Source: Macrostomum lignano
Lineage: Eukaryota
Reading direction: 5' to 3'
DNA: 64,000 nucleotides
Assembly (NCBI GenBank): GCA_002269645.1
Contig: NIVC01000942.1
Coordinates: 62,001-126,000 of the forward strand
The notes beneath the pieces are model-generated. The model was given only the letters and a program-made list of their open reading frames with translations, was not told the origin of the DNA and did not search any database. Below, piece by piece: positions 48,522 through 59,582 of the stretch; position 1 is the first letter of the stretch, and every line of letters begins with the position of its first letter. Both the position numbers and the translations under genes were made by a program.

Positions 48522-51500
48522 ATGAGCTCCATGTGCAGCTGTTTCAGGCGCAGAGCCTCCACCGACTCGATCGAAATTCCCAGGACAGATGAAATCGACA
48601 GCTCCGACAGGCCAGAGGCGGCCGCCAAGGACTACCAGTTGGTGTTTCTGGACGGCCGAAATGACCCCGGCCGAAGTAATTCCTACTCAATCGCGAAGGA
48701 CAAGCGGGCCGCATTCAATCAATCGCTGGTGTCGCTGATCAACCAGCGCAGGATCGGTCGCGGTATTCGGCCGCTAATTCTGTCGCCGAGCATGTGCCAC
48801 GGCGCCGAGGCCGTCTGGAATGACAGGGCCGAAGTTGTCAGCGGCCTGCACTACATTCCTGACAGCCGGTTTGACCTGCGGTACACCGTAGTGCCAGTCG
48901 ATGGCCAGCCGCTGGACAAACAGATCAGGCTGGACTGTTTGGTCTATACGGACAATGCTGTGCGGTCCAAGGAGGAGCTGCCCGAGGCTGTGTTTCACTA
49001 CTGGACCAATAAGGGAAGGTGAGACACTGCGTTGGCTTCCCTCTGCTTTTATAGAGATGACCGAATCTTTATTGTAAAACTGTTTAAATTTAAATTCAAT
49101 GCTTTATTTTTTGAATTGTTGAAATCTTGTCCGACGAACCACTCACTTCTCAAGGGCTAAACTCTAGGAGTGCGGGCTAGGGAGTTGGGGCTTGGTATGA
49201 AGTTATTGCGCAATTACGAGTACTTAGGAGTATTGCTCGATTGTGTTCTACAAGTGCGAATTCAAGAGCGAAAGGTGCGTGCACAATGCAGAACCAGCAA
49301 AAGTTACAATTTGTTCGTAAAGTTGCGGAAAGGAAGAAGGCAGTCCTTTTTGGTTCCTTTTCTATTTCCGTAACCAGGCAAAGAAAAGAAGAAACGTGGA
49401 AACGAATTGTTTCCGAATGCAAAGCTAAATGTGGCTTTGACCCTGCAACTGCCGGCAAGGACTGGCGATATGCACGGGCAAGATTTGGGACAACTTGAAA
49501 TGCAACTCTTGGTTGCCTTCTGAAAGGAATAAAATTACGAGTACTCTTTCTGCGGCTGGTTAAAGAATCCCAGAAGTTGTCGTCCTCTTTCTTCATCAGG
49601 GTCAGAAAATATCAGTGCTATGCTATCCTAGTGCTATGATAGGTACGTCTTTCCACTCTTAAGATCTTGAACAAGATTGAGGATTGTGGTCCAGGAGGAT
49701 TCCGTTTTATCGGACACGAACTCCTGAAATTTACTCCTACCGCGGATAAAGTGCCCCCAGCTCTTGAACAGCACTCCTAGTTTTATCGTACACGAACTCC
49801 TGAAATTTACTCCTACCGCGGATAAAGTGCCCCCAGCTCTTGAACAGCACTCCTAGTTTTATCGTACACGCACTCCTGAAATTTACTCCTACCGCGGATA
49901 AAGTGCCCCTAGCTCTTGAACAGCACTCCTAGTTTTATCGTACACGCACTCCTGAAATTTACTCCTACCGCGGATAAAGTGCCCCTAGCTCTTGAACAGC
50001 ACTCCTAGTTTTATCGGACACGCACTCCTGAAATTTACTCCTACCGCGGATAAAGTGCCCCTAGCTCTTGAACAGCACTCCTAGTTTTATCGTACACGAA
50101 CTACTAAAATTTACTCCTACCGCGGATAAAGTGCCCCTAGCTCTTGAACAGCACTCCTAGTTTTATCGTACACGAACTCCTGAAATTTACTCCTACCGCG
50201 GATAAAGTGCCCCCAGCTCTTGAACAGCACTCCTAGTTTTATCGGACACGAACTCCTGAAATTTACTCCTACCGCGGATAAAGTGCCCCTAGCTCTTGAA
50301 CAGCACTCCTAGTTTTATCGTACACGAACTACTAAAATTTACTCCTACCGCGGATAAAGTGCCCCTAGCTCTTGAACAGCACTCCTAGTTTTATCGGACA
50401 CGAACTCCTGAAATTTACTCCTACCGCGGATAAAGTGCCCCTAGCTCTTAAACAGCACTCCTACACCATTTTACCCTCGATTTTGAACAAGGAGAACTTC
50501 GAAACTGACAAACTCCTCTTCAATATTGACACTCTATGGTCGGGCACTCAAAATCTACAATCAATATTGACAGATCAAGCTTCAATTTTGACAAACTCTG
50601 GTTCAATTTTGACAATGCACGTTTAGTCAACTTCTCCTGGGAGAATTCGGTAACAAAGTAATCCAATGAAAGCCTGAACGGGGCTGAAGTGAGCTGTGCA
50701 AAATCAGCTTATTCTGACTTTGCTTTTTGGATCTACAAGTATTGATAAAATTTATTTTTCTCCATCCTTTAGACACACAGACTAAAATAGCCTGACTGGT
50801 TGGGCTGCAAAGTCTGATTCTATTTTGACAGAGTTGCTTCAAAACTGACACTCTATGGTTTGTGTACCCAAAAAGTCCGCTTCATTTTTGACAACTCCGA
50901 ATCAATATTGAACAGTTTACAATCGATTTTGACTAAGACATTTTTTGAAATAGATTTTGACAATTTTTACTAAGATTTCTCTCTTGAGGGGGGGTACTTG
51001 CTATTTGGGAGAAGGGGTACTGGCTGCATGTATCTACGAGTACATGTATGGGAATATTTCTATTTAGGGATGCTTGCTAGAGTCCCTGCTCTCTCAAGGG
51101 ACTCTAGCAAAAGGCCAGTCATTTAACATCCCAAGACAGCAAGCATCCACCCAGATAGCAAGCATCCACCCAGATAGCAAGCATCCACCCAGATAGCAAG
51201 CATCCACCCAGATAGCAAGCATCCACCCAGATAGCAAGCATCCACCCAGATAGCAAGCATCCACCCAGATAGCAAGCATCCACCCAGACAGCAAGCATCC
51301 ACCCAGATAGCAAACATCCACCCAGATAGCAAGCATCATCCAGGTAGCAAGCATCCACCCAGATAGCAAGCATCCACCCAGGTAGCAAACATCCACCCAG
51401 ATAGCAAGCATCATCCAGGTAGCAAACATCCACCCAGATAGCAAGCATCCCTAAATAGAAATATTCCCATACATGTACTCGTAGATACATGCAGCCAGTA

Positions 51501-54500
51501 CCCCTTCTCCCAAATAGCAAGTACCCCCCCTCAAGAGAGAAATCTTAGTAAAAATTGTCAAAATCTATTTCAAAAAATGTCTTAGTCAAAATCGATTGTA
51601 AACTGTTCAATATTGATTCGGAGTTGTCAAAAATGAAGCGGACTTTTTGGGTACACAAACCATAGAGTGTCAGTTTTGAAGCAACTCTGTCAAAATAGAA
51701 TCAGACTTTGCAACCCAACCAGTCAGGCTATTTTAGTCTGTGTGTCTAAAGGATGGAGAAAAATAAATTTTATCAATACTTGTAGATCCAAAAAGCAAAG
51801 TCAGAATAAGCTGATTTTGCACAGCTCACTTCAGCCCCGTTCAGGCTTTCATTGGATTACTTTGTTACCGAATTCTCCCAGGAGAAGTTGACTAAACGTG
51901 CATTGTCAAAATTGAACCAGAGTTTGTCAAAATTGAAGCTTGATCTGTCAATATTGATTGTAGATTTTGAGTGCCCGACCATAGAGTGTCAATATTGAAG
52001 AGGAGTTTGTCAGTTTCGAAGTTCTCCTTGTTCAAAATCGAGGGTAAAATGGTGTAGTTTTATCGTACACGCACTCCTGAAATTTACTCCTACCGCGGAT
52101 AAAGTGCCCCCAGCTCTTGAACAGCACTCCTAGTTTTATCGTACACGCACTCCTGAAATTTACTCCTACCGCGGATAAAGTGCCCCTAGCTCTTGAACAG
52201 CACTCCTAGTTTTATCGTACACGAACTCCTGAAATTTACTCCTACCGCGGATAAAGTGCCCCCAGCTCTTGAACAGCACTCCTAGTTTTATCGGACACGA
52301 ACTCCTGAAATTTACTCCTACCGCGGATAAAGTGCCCCTAGCTCTTGAACAGCACTCCTAGTTTTATCGGACACGAACTCCTGAAATTTACTCCTACGCG
52401 GATAAAGTGCCCCTAGCTCTTGAACAGAACTCCTAGTTTTATCGGACACGAACTCCTGAAATTTACTCCTACCGCGGATAAAGTGCCCCTAGCTCTTGAA
52501 CAGCACTCCTAGTTTTATCGGACACGAACTCCTGAAATTTACTCCTACCGCGGATAAAGTGCCCCTAGCTCTTGAACAGCACTCCTAGTTTTATCGTACA
52601 CGAACTCCTGAAATTTACTCCTACCGCGGATAAAGTGCCCCTAGCTCTTGAACAGCACTCCTAGTTTTATCGTACACGAACTCCTGAAATTTACTCCTAC
52701 CGCGGATAAAGTGCCCCTAGCTCTTGAACAGCACTCCTAGTTTTATCGTACACGAACTCCTGAAATTTACTCCTACCGCGGATAAAGTGCCCCTAGCTCT
52801 TGAACAGCACTCCTAGTTTTATCGTACACGAACTCCTGAAATTTACTCCTACCGCGGATAAAGTGCCCCTAGCTCTTGAACAGCACTCCTAGTTTTATCG
52901 TACACGAACTCCTGAAATTTACTCCTACCGCGGATAAAGTGCCCCTAGCTCTTAAACAGCACTCCTACACCATTTTACCCTCGATTTTGAACAAGGAGAA
53001 CTTCGAAACTGACAAACTCCTCTTCAATATTGACACTCTATGGTCGGGCACTCAAAATCTACAATCAATATTGACAGATCAAGCTTCAATTTTGACAAAC
53101 TCTGGTTCAATTTTGACAATGCACGTTTAGTCAACTTCTCCTGGGAGAATTCGGTAACAAAGTAATCCAATGAAAGCCTGAACGGGGCTGAAGTGAGCTG
53201 TGCAAAATCAGCTTATTCTGACTTTGCTTTTTGGATCTACAAGTATTGATAAAATTTATTTTTCTCCATCCTTTAGACACACAGACTAAAATAGCCTGAC
53301 TGGTTGGGCTGCAAAGTCTGATTCTATTTTGACAGAGTTGCTTCAAAACTGACACTCTATGGTTTGTGTACCCAAAAAGTCCGCTTCATTTTTGACAACT
53401 CCGAATCAATATTGAACAGTTTACAATCGATTTTGACTAAGACATTTTTTGAAATAGATTTTGACAATTTTTACTAAGATTTCTCTCTTGAGGGGGGGTA
53501 CTTGCTATTTGGGAGAAGGGGTACTGGCTGCATGTATCTACGAGTACATGTATGGGAATATTTCTATTTAGGGATGCTTGCTAGAGTCCCTGCTCTCTCA
53601 AGGGACTCTAGCAAAAGGCCAGTCATTTAACATCCCAAGACAGCAAGCATCCACCCAGATAGCAAGCATCCACCCAGATAGCAAGCATCCACCCAGATAG
53701 CAAGCATCCACCCAGATAGCAAGCATCCACCCAGATAGCAAGCATCCACCCAGATAGCAAGCATCCACCCAGATAGCAAGCATCCACCCAGACAGCAAGC
53801 ATCCACCCAGATAGCAAACATCCACCCAGATAGCAAGCATCATCCAGGTAGCAAGCATCCACCCAGATAGCAAGCATCCACCCAGGTAGCAAACATCCAC
53901 CCAGATAGCAAGCATCATCCAGGTAGCAAACATCCACCCAGATAGCAAGCATCCCTAAATAGAAATATTCCCATACATGTACTCGTAGATACATGCAGCC
54001 AGTACCCCTTCTCCCAAATAGCAAGTACCCCCCCCCTCAAGAGAGAAATCTTAGTAAAAATTGTCAAAATCTATTTCAAAAAATGTCTTAGTCAAAATCG
54101 ATTGTAAACTGTTCAATATTGATTCGGAGTTGTCAAAAATGAAGCGGACTTTTTGGGTACACAAACCATAGAGTGTCAGTTTTGAAGCAACTCTGTCAAA
54201 ATAGAATCAGACTTTGCAACCCAACCAGTCAGGCTATTTTAGTCTGTGTGTCTAAAGGATGGAGAAAAATAAATTTTATCAATACTTGTAGATCCAAAAA
54301 GCAAAGTCAGAATAAGCTGATTTTGCACAGCTCACTTCAGCCCCGTTCAGGCTTTCATTGGATTACTTTGTTACCGAATTCTCCCAGGAGAAGTTGACTA
54401 AACGTGCATTGTCAAAATTGAACCAGAGTTTGTCAAAATTGAAGCTTGATCTGTCAATATTGATTGTAGATTTTGAGTGCCCGACCATAGAGTGTCAATA

Positions 54501-56800
54501 TTGAAGAGGAGTTTGTCAGTTTCGAAGTTCTCCTTGTTCAAAATCGAGGGTAAAATGGTGTAGTTTTATCGTACACGCACTCCTGAAATTTACTCCTACC
54601 GCGGATAAAGTGCCCCCAGCTCTTGAACAGCACTCCTAGTTTTATCGTACACGCACTCCTGAAATTTACTCCTACCGCGGATAAAGTGCCCCCAGCTCTT
54701 GAACAGCACTCCTAGTTTTATCGGACACGAACTCCTGAAATTTACTCCTACCGCGGATAAAGTGCCCCTAGCTCTTGAACAGCACTCCTAGTTTTATCGT
54801 ACACGAACTCCTGAAATTTACTCCTACCGCGGATAAAGTGCCCCTAGCTCTTGAACAGCACTCCTAGTTTTATCGGACACGAACTCCTGAAATTTACTCC
54901 TACCGCGGATAAAGTGCCCCTAGCTCTTGAACAGCACTCCTAGTTTTATCGGACACGAACTCCTGAAATTTACTCCTACCGCGGATAAAGTGCCCCTAGC
55001 TCTTGAACAGCACTCCTAGTTTTATCGTACACGAACTCCTGAAATTTACTCCTACCGCGGATAAAGTGCCCCCAGCTCTTGAACAGCACTCCTAGTTTTA
55101 TCGTACACGAACTACTAAAATTTACTCCTACCGCGGATAAAGTGCCCCTAGCTCTTGAACAGCACTCCTAGTTTTATCGTACACGAACTCCTGAAATTTA
55201 CTCCTACCGCGGATAAAGTGCCCCTAGCTCTTGAACAGAACTCCTAGTTTTATCGTACACGAACTACTGAAATTTACTCCTACCGCGGATAAAGTGCCCC
55301 TAGCTCTTGAACAGAACTCCTAGTTTTATCGGACACGAACTCCTGAAATTTACTCCTACCGCGGATAAAGTGCCCCTAGCTCTTGAACAGCACTCCTAGT
55401 TTTATCGTACACGAACTACTAAAATTTACTCCTACCGCGGATAAAGTGCCCCTAGCTCTTGAACAGCACTCCTAGTTTTATCGTACACGAACTACTGAAA
55501 TTTACTCCTACCGCGGATAAAGTGCCCCCAGCTCTTGAACAGAACTCCTAGTTTTATCGTACACGAACTCCTGAAATTTACTCCTACCGCGGATAAAGTG
55601 CCCCTAGCTCTTGAACAGCACTCCTAGTTTTATCGTACACGAACTCCTGAAATTTACTCCTACCGCGGATAAAGTGCCCCTAGCTCTTGAACAGCACTCC
55701 TAGTTTTATCGGACACGAACTCCTGAAATTTACTCCTACCGCGGATAAAGTGCCCCTAGCTCTTGAACAGCACTCCTAGTTTTATCGGACACGAACTCCT
55801 GAAATTTACTCCTACGCGGATAAAGTGCCCCTAGCTCTTGAACAGCACTCCTAGTTTTATCGTACACGAACTCCTGAAATTTACTCCTACCGCGGATAAA
55901 GTGCCCCTAGCTCTTGAACAGCACTCCTAGTTTTATCGTACACGAACTACTAAAATTTACTCCTACCGCGGATAAAGTGCCCCTAGCTCTTGAACAGAAC
56001 TCTCCTAAGCGGCTTGAGACACCTGAACGCGATGGTGCGCTGACTGATCCGGTGGTTGCCGTGGAAGACGACCCGCGGCTCTACCTGGAGCGCCAGGAGC
56101 CCGGAAAAAATTGCCGTCGGGAGCCGTACGAGTTTCGTCCTCGGCAGCCTGTTTGCTACAAGGACTGATGAGTGACATTGACTGTGGGGATTTCAAGTGA
56201 ATGTCTTTGACTTTTGTTTGCTTTTTGTGGGGAGCAAGAGTTTTATAGAACGGGCCCCTGGTCCCCCCACCTGCTGCAAGGTGGCCAGGTTTGCTATCAA
56301 CTTTTGCAGCCATTGCAGTTTATGCGGGGCATCCGATGGCTCTATACAGCGCTGGAAAACTTTACAGCACAGAACTATGTCATCGACCTGTAATTTCTCT
56401 TTCACAGCAGGGCTCAACTTAACTTGTCACTTTTTAATTTACCCGATTTAACTGCTTAATACTTAGCTTGCACGGCATACGAGCGTATGCTCTCACCCGC
56501 TGTGCCATTCTTCCCACTTAACAGTTGCCAAAACTCCCCTCAATTGCACTCTCCAGCCACACCAACGCGCCTGGCAAGGGGCCGCTGCCGCTACCCCGAG
56601 TCAACGCTCTTCGCGAACGTTGCCAAGCCGAAAATCGAGTTCTCATCGCCAACAAAAGCCGGTTTCTGCCTCTCCTACTGCGCCCGTCGAGTACCCACAT
56701 TGGACTGCACTTCGGCAAGGTGAAATTGTCGCATGGCCTGCTGCCTAAGGACAAGCCTTATAGCGTTGTTGCAGTCCTGTCCAATTGTGATTTGAATTAG
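48522..56800 (+). CDS. Divergent CAP/SCP protein D: join(48522..49018,56557..56800), with a 7538-bp intron
   Basis: Exon 1 ends EAVFHYWTNKG AG|GTGAG like its paralogs. The only unassigned exon-2 homolog (HT..PGKGPLP..RFLPLLL..HIGLHFG..PYSVVAVL) begins after CTCTCCAG at 56556, in the matching phase 2. Confidence 0.7.
49241..49530 (+). pseudogene. Myb/SANT-like DNA-binding domain remnant, typical of PIF/Harbinger accessory ORFs
   Basis: QKLQFVRKVAERKKAVLFGSFSISVTRQRKEETWKRIVSECKA...KDWRY, then a frameshift to KIWDNLK. This matches the K..l...v.e.K.vLfg.fs..vt...K...W..I pattern. Confidence 0.7.
50464..52054. mobile_element. Foldback-type element, copy 1: ~616-bp TIRs (50464-51079 / 51439-52054) with a TA target duplication
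   Basis: Ends CACCATTTTACCCTCG...CGAGGGTAAAATGGTG, inserted at CTCC(TA)GTTTT of a satellite unit. The ORF track shows mirror ORFs (50627- and 51667+). The spacer holds a 12-bp-stem hairpin and 19-bp repeats. Confidence 0.88.
52968..54560. mobile_element. Foldback-type element, copy 2 (near-identical, 2504 bp downstream)
   Basis: Same ends, same TA site, same single arm mismatch (GGGCTGC vs GGGTTGC) and same flanking satellite variants. Confidence 0.88.
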
Positions 56801-58741
56801 AAAGTCAACAGCTGTGACATTAAACTGTCTGATGCCTGATGCCTGGATTAAAACTATACTGTTTTAGAATGCCCAGTTCTTTCTGTAGCGGATCGGCACT
56901 TAATATTGTGACTGTTTCGTGAACAAATAATGCTGTATATCTTAAATCAGAAATAAATCTTTTTCGGACTTTTATTCTATTCCAACAATTCCAACATTTT
57001 TGTTATATCTGTAGAGCCAGTCATTTTTCTGTTAATTGCAGTATGAATGTCAATAAATAGTTGAAAGTGTACGTGACTCGGCTAGATAATAGCGCAAATT
57101 TTTCATTTTTTATTGCGCCAGAATCAACCAGCAGAAATCGAGAAGCAGGAAGCAGAAGTTCTCATACTGTTGTAAGCACTTGACTGTCCGACACCCGCAA
57201 CCAGCACTTGACTGGCCGGTAAAAGAAAGCGACCGGACTACTCCAAAGCATTCACAATCAAACATCTTAGACATTAGAATGCAGGACCACACCCGGAGCC
57301 CAGTCCGTCTAGCAGCACTAGGTGAACACTTGAACACTCTCAGGTTCTAGTTCTAATGCCGACTTTGCGTGACTGTGGGAGAGTCTGCGGCTGCCAGAGG
57401 CAAATATAGGTGCAGACCCCAAACAGCCTTTAACCTGCAAAATAGCATCGAGACCGTGGTTCGTATGACTATTAGTCTGGCTCATACTTCACTTGGCAAT
57501 GCTGAACATGCCAATTTGACCAGGAAAACTGTCAAAACCATTCATCGAATGGTTAGAAAAAACTATGGATGAGTGCAGCGCCGGTTGAATCTGCTTTATT
57601 TGAAGGGCTGACACTCATTTTGGTGTAGCAGGTGGATGTCAGCACCCCAATGCCCCTGAAGGAAAGGAGCTAAATTCTGGGGAAGGATAAAAGTTGGAAA
57701 ATCACATTGTGTGCCGCAAAGGATTTTGTTTTAATGAGCACGTGCCCCCGGTTCTGTAAGCATTAACTAGTTAATAGCCAGTACAAAACACGATAATTGT
57801 AATGTAAACCGGAAAATTAAGTATATTTGAATGTCATATAAACAAACGATGTTAGTAATTAATTTTTAGAGTTTAATGAGGATTTATTTATCTGCCCGAG
57901 CTGTTTTTGATCTTAAAGCTTGAATTCAAAGAAACTTTAAATATATAAACTTTCGGCAAATTCAGACTTGTCACCCAAAGTTTTCAGCGCGCGATAATGT
58001 CCATTTTAAGAAGTCGTAGTTAGTCGATCAGTTCAGCGACCATCAACAACAATTTTTAACGTACTGTTTGACGGTAAATATAAATTGTTAACTCCCTAAA
58101 TATACTAATCAGCAAAACAACAGCTACACCATCAGAACAAAGTCTCGACTCTGTGTTTTCATTTAAAGTTTTTGTATTCCTCGTTCTCACTGAAGACAAA
58201 GGGAAGATAAAAATTAGTTAAGAAGACAGGCAGTTGTTAAGTCTATTTAAGTAAGTCTATAATTAATTAAGACTAATTAAGTCTATAACATAAAGAATAC
58301 AAAATGCACATTTGCTTTAGTATTAGTGAAGGCAGATAATCTCAATTTTTGCAGTATACACCTTTTTTTCAAATTGATTGCTGATTAGTATTATTAAGAC
58401 CCATAGCCATAGGCCCATAGACAATTAGCCATAGGCCTAAACATAAATCAATACTACTAGTCAGTAAGGAGTCAGGACTCAAGAGGTGCATGGATTGGAC
58501 AATGGTGGTCCATGCATATTGGCTATAGCTTAAATTTTAGGACTACATTTGTAGTTAAAGTCTAAAAATAAAAAGAAATGAAAAAATTAATATATAATAT
58601 TGGGCCCTATTATCTAAATTGTTTGTTAAAGGCCTTCCTACTTATTGTTAGTCACTATATCATAATATCATTAGGGTAGACTAGGCCTATATATACTAAC
58701 TAAGTATTAAACATGATAATAGTGTGCAACTTTGTCCTATT

Positions 58742-59582
58742 GCAATATTGGCATGGCAGTACTTATCCCCACGGTACTGTAGGAATAATTTCTGTCTTAT
58801 TCCAATGGTACCGTGGGAATAATTTTCTGCTTATCCGCATGGCACACTGACGAAATAGCTGCCATATCTTCTACATATATGTGCTGAATGTAGCAAATCT
58901 CATCATTGAATTTCATATGGATGCATTTTTGTTTAGTTGGGGGTTAGGATTGTTATTGTATATTATTGATAATGTATTTTGTTGTAATTTCCGAAAGTGT
59001 GCCCCAATTTAAAAAGCACTATCACATCAGACCGGGACGTGTTCTGTTCGCATTAAGTGGAGTAGTGACTTGGCACCTCGAAATATAAAGTCAGAATTGC
59101 GTTTGATTGATGTCTCGACAAAGTGCAAGTCTTACATGTACATGAATAGTTTATAGCTTTTTGAAAAGGAATTTGAATTGAGGATACTAAGAAGCTATTG
59201 ATCTGGATCAACACCACGACCAGCATTTTTTTGCATAAAAAGGCCATTAAATCTTTACTTCTAATAAACAAATTGTCAAGCAAAGTTATGTTGTTATACT
59301 GCACTTAAACCGTAAGTACTAAACTAAATTATTCCCGCGGCATATGTAGAAGATGGGCCAGCTATCTCGTCAGTGTGCCATGCGGATAAGCAGAAAATTA
59401 TTCCCACGGCATATGTAGAAGATGAGCCAGCTATCTCGTCAGTGTGCCATGCAGATAAGCAGAAAATTATTCCCACGGCATATGTAGAAGATGAGCCAGC
59501 TATCTCGTCAGTATGCCATGCGGATAAGCAGAAAATTATTCCTATGGTACCGTGGGGATAAGCACTGCCTATTGGCATTGCT
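58742..59582. mobile_element. MITE-like element with imperfect inverted ends and three ~63-bp subterminal tandem repeats
   Basis: GGCAGTACTTATCCCCACGGTAC..GGAATAATTT..CTTATCCGCATGGCACACTGACG (58760-58880) is the reverse complement of 59330-59575. No TSD resolved. Confidence 0.6.

Larger units (their letters stand above)
49703..56000. repeat. 76-bp satellite (TTTTATCGTACACGAACTCCTGAAATTTACTCCTACCGCGGATAAAGTGCCCCTAGCTCTTGAACAGCACTCCTAG) in three blocks: ~49703-50463, 52055-52967, 54561-56000 (about 10, 12 and 19 copies)
   Basis: Unit starts at 49781 and 49857 give the 76-bp period. Confidence 0.95.

Noticed and set aside
51094-54024. Hydrophobic MLAIWVDACYLGGCLLSGW repeat ORFs resembling membrane proteins
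   Set aside because: Translations of the 19-bp repeats in the foldback spacer.
49703-56000. Regular arrays that might be CRISPR
   Set aside because: Units are head-to-tail with no unique spacers, there are no cas genes, and the context is eukaryotic.
57110-57337. Cys-rich minus-strand ORF ending in a hydrophobic tail
   Set aside because: No recognisable family and no clear splice partners; cannot be told from a chance ORF.
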